The position numbers were made by a program, and so were the translations under genes. A model generated the notes under the pieces. It did no database searches. It was not told the DNA's origin and saw only the letters and a program-made list of their open reading frames with translations. This document shows, one piece after another, positions 12,024 through 24,600 of a DNA stretch of 64,000 nucleotides. Each line of letters opens with the position of its first letter. Position 1 is the first letter of the stretch. Source of the DNA: Spironucleus salmonicida (taxonomy: Eukaryota); assembly GCF_000497125.1 (NCBI RefSeq), contig NC_090597.1, positions 507,797-571,796 on the forward strand, written 5' to 3'.

Positions 12024-13283
12024 ATGAAGCAACGAAATTACATCGAGGGAATGTTTGCTACAACTAATTTGTGGGCAATAACCGTGTAAATATATGAGAT
12101 GTTCTGTGTAAAGGTAATCTCCCCGCCTCGATACGACAAAGATAACGATTTTTCGCAGTAGAGCTTTTTATTCTCTTTCTTCCATTGTGGGCGCTTTGCA
12201 GAGGAAACTTTTGTTTTCCTATAACTATTAACTGTGTAATTTAGCATTTCTTAGCGTTGTTCCTCCATATCCGATATCATCGTTCAGGCAGGAAAGCACT
12301 TAATATAAATTTGTATTCCAGTCTGGAGCACAGCATTCTTAGTGCACTAAAACGCTTCTAGCAAAGCTTTCATCCATAATATTCTCTTTATTTCAGCATT
12401 CAAACAGCAAAATTTTAACCCTTTGGATATTTTGTAGATCCACTCGTAGTTGGTCATTGGGATAATTTTTATCGTATTCTGCAATTGTATTAGCTTAGGA
12501 CTAAAAATTAACCTATAAAAAATCGCTAGTTTTTCATTCAATTTTTGCGTTTTTTCCCGCCTCGTCTGTTCGGTTTTAGTCGTCTTTCTCACAAAAAACG
12601 CACATATTTTGTTCTTTCCATTCTTTCAGATCTACCTTTATGCCATTGCGATATACGTTTCTACAGTATTTTGGAGATTTGAAGTCAACGAATTCGGCAT
12701 TACGAACACGCAAATTCAGCACATTCCGCCCACCTACCACCTGTTAGTCAAATTTTTATGCTCCAAATCGAACCTCGTGGGCGATATGCTAATCACCATT
12801 TTGACAGCTTTTGGGAGCGGGTTTCTCGTGAAATTCGTCCATTAGACCGAAAGCGACTTTCTGAGTAACAAGCTAATGGGCATTTTCGTGCTGGCTTTCG
12901 GCCGCGTGGGATGGATTTTAGTCTTTTACATGAGCATAGTGCCCGTTTTCTACGATTTTGCGCCGCTCACAAACCGCTTTCTGGCCTGCCCCATCTTCAC
13001 GAGCCTGGGCGTGCACGCGAACGAGAACTTCATCGGGGCCATTGTCGTGCTGCAGACGCTGCTGCAGGCCACGAAAGGGATGCAGGTGGGCCCCTACAAC
13101 AACGGCACCGTTTTGCTCGCCGTCGGGGGCGTGATGTCGCTGACGCTGGTAGGCGGGCAGCTGATCGCGCAGCTCTTCTCGCTCATCGTGAAGGCGATTG
13201 TGAGCAAAATCGACAGGTACTGGGAGCTGCAGAAGACGAAGCGCGTCGCCATGCAAATTCGGCAGAAAATGGTTAATAAGTGA
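12024..13283 (+). CDS. Multi-pass membrane protein, possibly divergent acyltransferase-3 (OafA-like), copy 1, 419 aa (table 6)
   Basis: Single table-6 frame joins track ORFs 12609 and 12876; N-terminal RNYIEGMFA..LWAITV and GRFAEETFVFL loosely echo AT3 TM1/TM2 motifs; ends AAG-TGA. Gene is solid, family is tentative. Confidence 0.7.
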
Positions 13284-13987
13284 GGTGTGGGGCGCAGTAT
13301 AATGGCGTTAAAAATAACTGTTATATCAGTTGCGATTAGCATATTTTGCTGTAGAATGTTGTGTACACGAGATGCGGTGCAAATTTTTGGGAATTTTTGG
13401 GAATTTTTGCGCGTTAGCCCAAACTCGCAATTTGCGACGGCGCAAGCGCTATTGCGACTGCCAAGCGTTGAATTTTGAGGTCAATTTAGTGAGAACATTT
13501 GCTTGGAATCTGCGCTCCGCGGCGATGATTTAATTTGCAATTTCTCGCGAAAAGTCGTATACTTGATCGATTTTGACTGCAGAAATAAATTTTTATATAA
13601 TAAATATATAATGTATAATATTTAGGTATACGAAAAATTTGGAAAGTTAAGAAAATCGGAATTCTGCTGTAAAAATCAATTCAAGTATATAAGGTTTTTC
13701 TGATTATATATATATATTATAATAATAATAATTATAATTGTATTTATTAAAAATATACAAATGGATTTTTATAGTATAAAATTATAAAATTACTTTATAT
13801 TAGTATTTTCTGAAACTGATTATATTAGTATAATAAATTATATCGAGTAATTACTTATTTTTTTAATCAATATTATATATATTAGTAAGTTTATTCATAT
13901 TAAAATTGTAAAAACTAAAAAATCAGTTTCCCTAAATAACAGGTATTTCCGCTATAAGCGAGCTCAGCATTTTCGTTCTAATTTAAA

Positions 13988-16900
13988 ATGCCGAAACCTT
14001 AAAATTATTTCGGAAACTGCGGCAGAAACCTTGACCCCGCCAACAACTCGGCGGACTGCGACACCAACTCCTACTGTCCCCTTCCTAACTATAAGGATGA
14101 CGTGTTCTGCAAAGAATGTAATGTTAACATGCTCCCTGGAAAGAAGTGCAACTGCGCCGATAATTTAAGGTAAAACTGTGCGGAGTGTACCGGAATCCAG
14201 TGCTCCAAGTGTATTAGCGGCTACACGCTGGTAGGAGGGTAGTGTACTCTGTCCCAATAAAGCTGTAATAGCGATTCAGCTAAATGCCAACATGGGTCGT
14301 TTTGCCCCTAGGCCTCCGGTACGAGATGCTAAAACTGCACTGGGATAAGCATCCAGCAGTCCTGTAACTGCGCCGGTCAGATTATCGTCGGATGTTAAAC
14401 GTGCAGTGGTGACTTTTGCTCTAAATGCGTAAGCAGCCTCATTTTAGTGAATGGAAAGTGCGTAACTTCCATTCCTAACAGGAACTGCTCGGAAAGCAGA
14501 GACTGCAGTGTGGGCTACTACTGCAACGGATCAAAATGTCAAAGCTGTTCCATGTCCACTGATCCCAACGTCCAGTGCTACTGTGAGAATGATGATACTA
14601 TTCAAGGATGTTCCGTTTGTGACGTCGGTGGCAGTGGGTGTAGAACTTGTGGTTCGAATTAGGTGTATGGAACAGTTTATAATCGAAACTTCAAAAGTTG
14701 CTAGAACCCAAAAAGTTGTTTCCGCGGTTCCAGTACTACTAACCCCACTAGTACTAATTGCACCTAGGGATTTTATTGTGACGAAGCGGCCTTAACCTGT
14801 CGGACCTGCGATACTATGTATCTGAGCGAAGGTTGTAATTGTAGCCCTCATAGAAAGCTGTATAATTGTGTAATTTGCAATAGAGAATAATGTGGATAAT
14901 GTGGGTACGGATTTCTCCTGTCAAAAATTAGCACGGGAACCAACTGCCTCGCCAATTACTGCACGAACGAGACGAGCTTGTGTTTAAATAATTATGCCTG
15001 CCCGTCGTGGACCAAGGGAATGGCAGCTTGCGAAACCTGTGTGATAGGTTAAACGGTACCTTGTTAATGCTTTTACCTACAAAACTGCGAGACCTGCGAT
15101 CTTACTGCTTAAACATGCGAGACTTGTCTTCCCGGATTTATTTTCAACGGTGAAAAACGCTGCGTAGCGAAGCAGAATGTATGCAGCCCTTAAAAAGAAT
15201 CATTTACCTGCAATGTCGGAAGTACCTGCGCTGGAAACCCTGGAGAAGACTGCTTGGTATGTTCTAGCATTAAGGAGGGTCAGTTTTGCAATTGTGGTAA
15301 GATGCTTTAGGAAAATTGTAAGGAATGCGAAGGAGATAGTTGTAAAGTTTGTTTAGATAAGTACTTACCCATCGGGGGAATTTGTGTACCCAATATGTGT
15401 GGAGAGCCCAAAAACACGCAAAACTGCATTGATGGTTACTACTGTCCGAATAATGCGACTTCGGAAACTGACGTTTGCAAGCCATGCAATAACTAATAGC
15501 AGGAATGCAAATGCGGGCTTCTCCCCAGCTGTTAAACGTGTGGGTCTGGAGCTAATACATGTGGTTCCTGCTTCTCTGGATATGATTTACAATCTAGTAA
15601 CTAACAATGCGTTTTGAAGGGCGATATCTGCGACTTCGCTAACGGCTCCACGCTTTGCACGTCTGGCAAGTTCTGCTAAGGCAAATTCGGAGAAGCGTGC
15701 GTACCTTGCGATTCAATGAGCAAAGGTAAGGCCTGCAAATGCGGAGGTGCGCTGTTCCAAAATTGTAAGTAATGTAATTCGGAGAATGATGGGTGCGAGG
15801 ACTGCATTGACGGTTATTACCCGTACAACAACATCTGCGTCACAAACACCTGCAATGCTGGCGGGCCCTCAAGCACCTGCGCGCTGGGCAATTACTGCCC
15901 TAATGGGAGCGGAAACAATGTAAACTGCCTGCTGTGCACAGACAAATCCCCTAACTCCTGCCAATGCGGGGCCAACTTCTGCCAAACCTGTGGAGATACC
16001 AATAATTCCTGCGGTTCCTGCATTGCTGGGTACGAATTAGATGCCAAGAATTAATGTATTCTGAAGGCAAATATATGCGATTCTAATAATAAATCAACAT
16101 TATGTAATGACGACTTTTACTGTAATAGTACTTTTGGAACCATTTGCGCCAGCTGTGGCCAGCTTTAGATAGACGAATCCTGCCACTGCAGTGGAGAGGA
16201 CATCAAGAACTGTAACAAGTGCAGTAATGGGCGATGCACAAACTGTCTTTCTGGGTTTGAGCTGCTGCAAGGGACCTGCGCCTAAAACAACTGCGGCGAT
16301 GATTTTTCGGCGACTAAATGCCTTCCCCAACACCACTGTCCTCCTGGCTCGGAAGCAAATGCAAAATGCGAGCCCTGCTCAATTGCGGTAGACGCAGTAT
16401 GCAACTGTGGTACAGCATAAAACTGTAAAACCTGTGGAATTCTATCCAACACATGCCAGACGTGCAAGAGTGGCCATGTATTCAATCCTTCCACTCTGCA
16501 ATGTGTTGAGATCACAGACAAAACTACAAATATATGCGATAAAGACAACAAGTCTTCGAGGTGCAACAACTCGTTCTTTTGCAATGGCTAGTTCGGCGAG
16601 GTCTGCCTGCCCTGCAACCAGCTGACGAGTGGGAAGTCGTGCAACTGCGGCGGAACCCTCAGCGAAAACTGCATTTTCTGCTAAGATGCAAAATGCAAAC
16701 TCTGTATTGCTGGGCTGGAGCTCCTCAACGGCGAGTGCAAGCCTAACAGATGCGGGCCAGCAAACTCCTGCTTCAACGGCTTCTTCTGCCCTTCTAATGA
16801 TGTAGAATCCAACTGCTAGCTCTGCACCACCGTATCTGTTAAGGAATGCAAATGCTCGGGTGCCAAAAACTGCCAGACCTGCTCGGCGTACCAAGACAGC

Positions 16901-17950
16901 TGCCAGACCTGCCTGACAGGATTTCTACTGGTAAACGGCTTCTGCCAGCCCAAAGTCAACTGCCTTGACACCTCTGACTGCCCGGTAAACTAGTACTGCG
17001 ACGAGACTGATAGTTAGTGCAACGTCTGCGGAAAATAGGACAAAGCCTGCAACTGCGGCAGCTCGATAAACTGCATCGCGTGCAGTGCTGCCGGAACCTG
17101 CTCCAGCTGCCTGTCTGGGTACGGGCCCGACTCTCAGAACTCCTGCTCGGTGCCGATTTGCAGCATCAATGTTCCGGCGGGGCACTACTGCAGCGGCCCC
17201 AATGATACGAAATAATGCCCTGCGGCCCAAAACCAGTGCAACTGCGGGAACGCGCAGAACTGCGCCACCTGCACCGCGGACAACAAGGGCTGCGCCACCT
17301 GCATGGCAGGCTCGGTGATGATCAACAAACAGTGCCTGGTGAGCCCTCCAGGCTTCACGGGTGTATGCGATAACGTTTCAGACTCATCATTCTGCCTCAC
17401 CGGGCATGCCTGCATTTTACCAAAGTCCTGCTCTCTGTGCAAGCATGTATCGCCAGGATTTCTATGCAACTGCGAGGGGAACCAGTTCGACACCTGCACG
17501 AGCTGCGACGGGAACAAGTGCGCAGGCTGCTTTACCGGATACGTGCTGGTCGATCAGGTCTGCAAGGTGATGTGCAAGACGGACGATAACTGCTTGGTAG
17601 GCTAAATGTGCGGTGCCTCCCAGTCCTGCGAGGGCTGCAACGGTAAGAGTTCGTGCAACTGCTCCGGTATGCAAAACTGCGCAAACTGCAGCGACACGAA
17701 ATGCGTCGCCTGCACCCCGGAATGGAAGTTGAGCACGGAAGATTAATGCGACTCCTGCGCTGAAGGGTTTGAAATGGTCGAGCAAGTTTGTGTCCCTATA
17801 TAAGAATAACGTAATGAGTCGCTGTTCATAGCGAACATAGCCGGCATGGTGGTAGCTGCGGTGGCCGCGGTAGGCATAATAGCCGGCGTGTCCATATTTT
17901 ACGCCAAGCGCCCTAAGAAATACAGCTTCTAGCATGCAATGATAGAGTGA
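13988..17950 (+). CDS. Large cysteine-rich membrane protein (CRMP/HCMP-like), ~1320 aa (table 6)
   Basis: Repeated CxC..CxxC..CxxCxxGY modules; C-terminal TM IAGMVVAAVAAVGIIAGVSIFYA followed by KRPKK; ends GAG-TGA; track ORFs 14447 and 17303 are in this frame. Confidence 0.88.
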
Positions 17951-18915
17951 GACCTTGAATAACACTTGAGGACCGACCTCTAGAATCACGTACTACATAG
18001 ATGCAATGATGATGGAGCAGAACTATTATTGAAAATTTTATATGCTCATTACTAGCAAAGCGGTATTCCAAATTAGTTTGTTAATCGCAGTTAAGTGAGC
18101 CATGAAATATCATATAATGCGATGCCAATATCCTAAAAATATATATAAGTTAAAAATTGAAATTCGCTTGTTGTAGCGAGTATCTCATGGAATCTGGAAA
18201 ATTTCGTGGAATTCCATAGTTTAATATAATGTTACTTTGTAAGTGCGAAATATATTCAATATCTTAATAGAGACGTTTATCGATTATTGTTTGATTTTAG
18301 TTGGTGGTTTTAGTCTTAATTGTACTAAAATGAATATACAAAACAAGTTTAGTACTCTATTGAGGTGAAATATTACTTTGAGAATTTCTATATTATTACG
18401 AGGCCTAATTGATTCGGTTGTTCAAAAATATAATGAACTATGTATAATATGTATAATTAGTGTAGCAATACCAATATTCACTAGACAGTAGTTCGAAATG
18501 AAATGAGTTCATTGCCCTAAATTAGCACGGCCAAGTATGAATAAGGTTAGTTAATTTTAATATTACAATACATATGCAAATAACAATAATATGTAGTACA
18601 CAGTGCAAACCTAACTCTCAAACTTTAATTAGTTAAAGGAAGGCGATAATATAGCAATTTTGTATCTATTTAGCATAACAGCACTGAAATTGCCCTTTTT
18701 AACTTGGATTAAAAACTGTTGCACTTATATTTTTCAGAACCTTCCATAATTAAAACTATCCAAAATTGATACTTCGCTAAGAAACTAGCAAATGTATACT
18801 GTAATATATGTTCCTTGGTACTAATTAAAATATTTTATAACTATGCATATTCAAGATAGTAATAACGGAATCTAATTCCAATTTTTATCATTCTGATACA
18901 GTATACTAATACTTT

Positions 18916-19011
18916 AGTAGTATATAATACGTACTAAATACATAAACTTGCGAAACTCATTTTCAAAATAAGTTTCGCAAGTTTATGCTTTTAGACATAT
19001 TACATACTACT
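18916..19011. repeat. 96-nt imperfect palindrome (foldback) with a 17-bp perfect core
   Basis: CATAAACTTGCGAAACT (18941-18957) pairs with AGTTTCGCAAGTTTATG (18971-18987); pairing extends imperfectly inward and outward. Confidence 0.85.
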
Positions 19012-19637
19012 CCTTCAAGCTTGTAGTATAATTACATTTTCTTATTCAATATACTTTATATATTAATTAATAGCTAAATGTTTTCGACTCCATTTTTGTT
19101 GAAACTTTCCTGCAGGTTGATCTCTAGGATTTATACGATTTTGCTGGTTTCTTATTACTAAATATTTGGATTTTACAAAGCAGTATTAATGATTCCCAGT
19201 GCCCATGGAACAATACCTATTTGAACACCAGAAAATGTTGTTGTGAACTCTTAAGCTCTATTTTCGCATTTACTTTACTTGACTAACAAAAATAGAAGCA
19301 TGTAGAAATTCAGAATAACCACAACTTTTGAGTCAGATGCACTTATTACAAGACATAATTCTTCAATAGTTTTTTCATCTAATTCTAGGTTATTAGTTAT
19401 CACATTATAAAATATTTTATGAATTTAATTCATATTGTGCTTAAGTTAAGTCTAGCTAGACTAATTAATGTACTGCAATGTTATATCCTGCTTACTGAGC
19501 ATTGAAACTAATTGTAAATCATTGAAATTACACTCATATGACTTAAAAATAATCTTAGCATATTAGTCAACTTTAAAATCTTCTGGGATATCAATAATCG
19601 AACGAATAGACAAAAATACTTCTATTTCATCACATTT
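18963..19637 (-). pseudogene. Protein-like open frame (~224 codons; first ATG at 19502), probably a gene remnant
   Basis: KCDEIEVFLSIRSIIDIPEDFKVDQY...DEKTIEELCLVIS...GVQIGIVPWALGII; upstream frame is interrupted by TGA at 19638-19640 and 19878-19880; no recognisable family. Confidence 0.35.
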
Positions 19638-21687
19638 TCACTAGATTTCTAATGAAATAATCTGACCTTAGTGTGTGAATTATATCACCTTTTACTTTAT
19701 AAATAACTAATTCAACAATTAAAACAAGAAGAATTTCAACCTAATCAGCTTAATATTGCATATTTGAGTCTACTACTACTATATTAGTACTCTGTACTAA
19801 TCATGGAAATGATTAGCAGTGAATTTATTTAGGTTTTAAAAATGGTAAATATAACTGTATAAGCCTTAAAAGATAAGTCACATGTATGCTGTAAAAAAGT
19901 AATGAGAGCACCTTGAATATTTGTATTGTATAAATGGAATATAATTGCGCCTTGTAATTTTATTTGCATAACAAAACTCACGGACTCCTTAAAATGCTTC
20001 TTTACATATAAATTTATCATAACTATGTCCAGAGGTATTGTTATTAGACATTATAAATTAATAAAACTGGTAAGCATATGTAATAAAATAAACATAATTA
20101 TATAAATTATAGATATATGGAGAGTAAAATTTACCTATCAAACACATATTCTCCTGATAACCAATTTTTTGGCTTCAAGTATAGCGTAGCTACAACATCT
20201 AGTTAAAATTTTCAAAATATGATATTAGTATATCATATTTCACCGTCTGATGCACTATACTATCATGGAATAGAGTTTGTCAATTGTTTGCATTGCCATT
20301 TATTAAAAAAAGCTCGCCTTTGATAATTTAGCATATTCAGTATACTTATTGGAACCAGTTCCCCAGTTTAAACAGTGTTCAACACAATACATTTATGTAT
20401 TATGAATTCTTTAAAAATATAACTGATGTACTAGAGATATGCAATTCTGAGATTTCTCCTGACATAAAAGGTGGCACTACGTATTATTTATTTATCAGTT
20501 GATAATCTTCTATAATATACAGGTTACAATTCGTGACTTATGAAGAAAAACAATAATTGTTGATGTTTACTCATTCAATTAAGAAAACTATTATTGTGTA
20601 CTTTAAAGTAGATCTTTTCATCATTGCAAAAGCTCTTTACTTGACTAACCACCATTCAGTAATTATCTTGAACTTGCAATATATAAACTGATGTTAACAA
20701 CATTAACTTCAGCAATAAACTGCATTATCTATTTACTTATCTTCACTGAGATATGATTTCTATCATTTATAAAAATATTTAGACCCTGGATAGATGATTC
20801 CTTTGTTTAGTCAAGGCACCTGATATATGATGTATAAGTAAAGTATAAAAGTCAATCTAGCTTCATTTATCCAATATTACACTAATGGATATCATTAATA
20901 GCCCAGCAGCCAGCTTTCTCTGTCTTTTCTTGAATAGCTTTACTCTCAAAGATTATTTGACGCAGTTGTAAAATAAAATATTTGTGGAATAAAAAGTGTT
21001 CGCTCTGCTTATAAATCTTGGTTTGCCTCGAAGTATCATGTAACTTATCAATAAATAATAGACGACTCCAAATGTTAGCTCTACAGGCGACTACAGCTAC
21101 CAATCATTAACTTGAATATGCCCCTGGTATATTTAGCTAGATGGAAATCAAACTTGCAGTGATCAAATTTGTCATATACATGGTTGGAAACTTGAAATTC
21201 TTAGTAAAGCAAGAAGCTCAAGTAAAGCATATAAGGATACCAAGTATTAACACTAACAAAGTTTGGACTAGTGCACCTTATTTAGCATAAATAAATTGCA
21301 ATAACCTATTAGATAAATTCTGTGGTATTGAGAACATGTTTTCCAGCAACCGACATATGCTAAAATTTAAATAAACAATCACTCAAGAATAATCACGTAG
21401 ATTTTATTTTACTCAATTGTGGCTATAACAGTATTGATTTTCACAAATGTATACAACAACTCATATTATAGCTTCCCCTTAATATTGTAAAGATTTTAGT
21501 CGAAACATTCTTTTTAGCTTGCTGTCCTAGGCTCTGTATAAAAATATTTTACATTTACTTCAGAAATATTGGTGCTACCTTAAAATACGGAAATCAATTT
21601 GTTCACAACTTAATTGTACGTCTACTATAAAAATTTTGTTTAGGTAAGAGAAAGTTGATATATATCCTTAACTATCGCATTCTAACA

Positions 21688-24600
21688 TCATTTTTTATAT
21701 TCTGATGGAATCAAAAATTATTTATTGTCATCAGTTAGCTAATCGACGATTAAAGTAGTTCCATCGATAGAGACTGGGAAAAGATGTATTCCAAGCAAAA
21801 ATCCAACTATGTCTCTGTTGTTAAGAATTTATGTATAAGTATCTTCCTCTCCTACCTTTTTATAGGTTATAGATGAATTAACTAAACAGGTATTTATCTA
21901 TTCCAGTATTTGTAAAACATATAATTAATTTACTTTTTTAGCGGTAATCTCTTGAAAGTTTACACTGTTCGCGACCCACATGATATCCACACCCTAAATA
22001 CATAGAGAGTTTGCTTTTTTATCATTGCAGAACTTACCTAGCTATGCAAATTTTGATTGATATGCTACTTTTAGCGCCGTAGTGTTTGCTATCTTATTCT
22101 TCAGCTCATATATTTCTAAAGGTATTACAGTAGCTAGAATAAGAGTATAAATATTCATCTAATTACTTACTTTTACTATATAGCAATTTTCAATACCTAC
22201 TTTGTATACAATCAAGATACCAAAAATTTTATTAATATCTGTTAATTAAAGTCCCAACATATAAATCTATAAACATATTTCTTCAGACTACTAATCTATA
22301 ATAGATATTAATTTATTTTACTTTGTAATCTGCTAAATTTAAGTAAAAATATTTTCAGCAAACGGTTCAGATATATTTATCAGACAGTTTACGATAACGT
22401 TTAAATTATTAAATTGGCGGGTATAGTTAACCAATTAAAAAATACCTAGAGCGAATACCTTCTTTGATATGCCCATAAACTCTTTTTTTACATTTGCTTA
22501 TTTTTTTTAAGTTTGATCTTATTAGACAGCGTTATTATTGTTTCCTTCTCCCAATTATTTTTAAAATTATATTAAAAAAACTTAAAATACAATAACGCAA
22601 ATTGTGGGGTGAAGACCTAGCACTGCTTACAACTTTTATTGCATACTAAATATTTATTTCCATGTTTTATCTCTTATTAGTTCATTATAACATTTTTTTA
22701 TAAGAATCTCATTCTATTCCTGTGTGTGATAGCAATACTTTACGTCTCCTTCCTATCGTCGAGGATATAAGGATGTAAGTGGGCCAGTCTCGCGCAATGC
22801 CATTATCAGCGGTATGGATAATGCTGAGGAGTAACTGGCTTTTGAAATCAATTTATCTTATTACTGTTCATTCCGTTATAATGATACATCAATTACTTGA
22901 GACAATTAATAATAATTATTATCTTCGTTTTCCTTTAGTTAAGAAACTATTTTTTCCTCAAGAATCAATAAATCTTCTTTGATTATTTTCACGTATTCCT
23001 ACGCTGGCATCATATAGTTTAATGCATTCTCTTACATTTTAATTTCATCTTAGTATATCTTTTTTTAATCACTTATTTCAGTTTCAACATTCGTCTTGTT
23101 GCAATTCGCTAATACTAACTCATATCCAAGTTATTATGATATAACAGCTAAATCATCTAACGCGGTTTTCAAGTATGGTTTTTAAACCCCTGACTCGAGA
23201 GTGTATTGAAATTTTCGTAACTCCCTTTATTTGGATAGTAAACTTGTTTTAGTATCTATACTAATAGATTTAGCGATATCGAGCATTTCCTCAGCTTCTT
23301 TTGAACCTTACTCTAACAATTAAATTTAATAATTTGCATTTATTACTTTTTCTGCCATATGCTTTATTTATTATAAATGAATAATATTATCATACTTTGC
23401 TTATAACATTTCAAACTCAGCTTACGCTTTTATGGCCGCTTTTTCAATATCATTATCTTTATTAGTATTATCTGTTAGTATTTATTACCAAGTATTTGCT
23501 TATTATAACTATAGCTCTGCCTATTTAATATTAAACTATTTTATTGGTGAATCTAATTCATCTTTTGTTTATAGTAATGCTTTTTCTGCATTTTTAATCT
23601 CTTATTTTGCATTTAACATTGCGTATTCTTACCGTTTTTCGTACTAAATAACTATATTTTTAGCATCTACATTTGGTTCGCTTGCGTTTGCTTTGGCTGT
23701 AGTTAGTTCTGCTTCCGCTTGGTTGACTTTTAATTTAGCTGTAGTTAGTTCTGCTTCCGCTTGGTTGACTTTTAATTTAGCTGTAGTTAGTTCTGCTTCC
23801 GCTTGGTTGACTTTTAATTTAGCTGTAGTTAGTTCTGCTTCCGCTTGGTTGACTTTTAATTTAGCTGTAGTTAGTTCTGCTTCCGCTTCCTTTACTTCAA
23901 CCTTTAATTCCTTTACTTCAACCTTTAATTCCTTTACTTCAACCTTTAATTCCTTTACTTTTAATTTAGCTGTAGTTAGTTCTCCTTCAGCTTCGTCTAC
24001 TTCGTTCTTCAGCTATTCTACTTTACCATCTGCTTTTACTACTTCGTTCTTCAGCTATTCTACTTTACCATCTGCTTTTACTACTTCGTTCTTCAGCTAT
24101 TCTACTTTACCATCTGCTTTTACTACTTCGTTCTTCAGCTATTCTACGTTACCATCTGCTTTTACTACTTCGTTCTTCAGCTATTCTACTTTACCATCTG
24201 CTTTTACTACTTCGTTCTTCAGCTATTCTACGTTACCATCTGCTTTTACTACTTCGTTCTTCAGCTATTCTACTTTACCATCTGCTTTTACTACTTCGTT
24301 CTTCAGCTATACTACTTTATCATTTGCTTGGGCTACATCATTATTCAGCTATTCTACTTTTGCTTTTACTTTATTTAAAACCTCCACCTCTTTCTGTGCT
24401 TAGTATGCTTCTACTTTTTCCGTTCTTGCTTCATATTATGGACTCACCTAGTGGTGTAGACAAATCTGATTGAAGTTTTGCTGGTATTTATTTGTTACCT
24501 GGAAACATGTTGTAATCCCGGTATCTTTTTATTTTTTAAACATTTCTTCCCCAGTGTGGTTTCCTGAATCCATCAACAGATTAATGCTTGAAACTTTCTC

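Noticed and set aside
18916-19011. SECIS element or bacterial-type terminator for the hairpin
   Set aside because: No AUGA/GA kink-turn core with an apical AA loop is evident and it straddles the stop; intrinsic terminators do not apply to this eukaryote.
23693-24403. 236-aa Ser/Thr/Phe repeat ORF on the plus strand
   Set aside because: Antisense of the coiled-coil repeats in the 21688-28200 gene.
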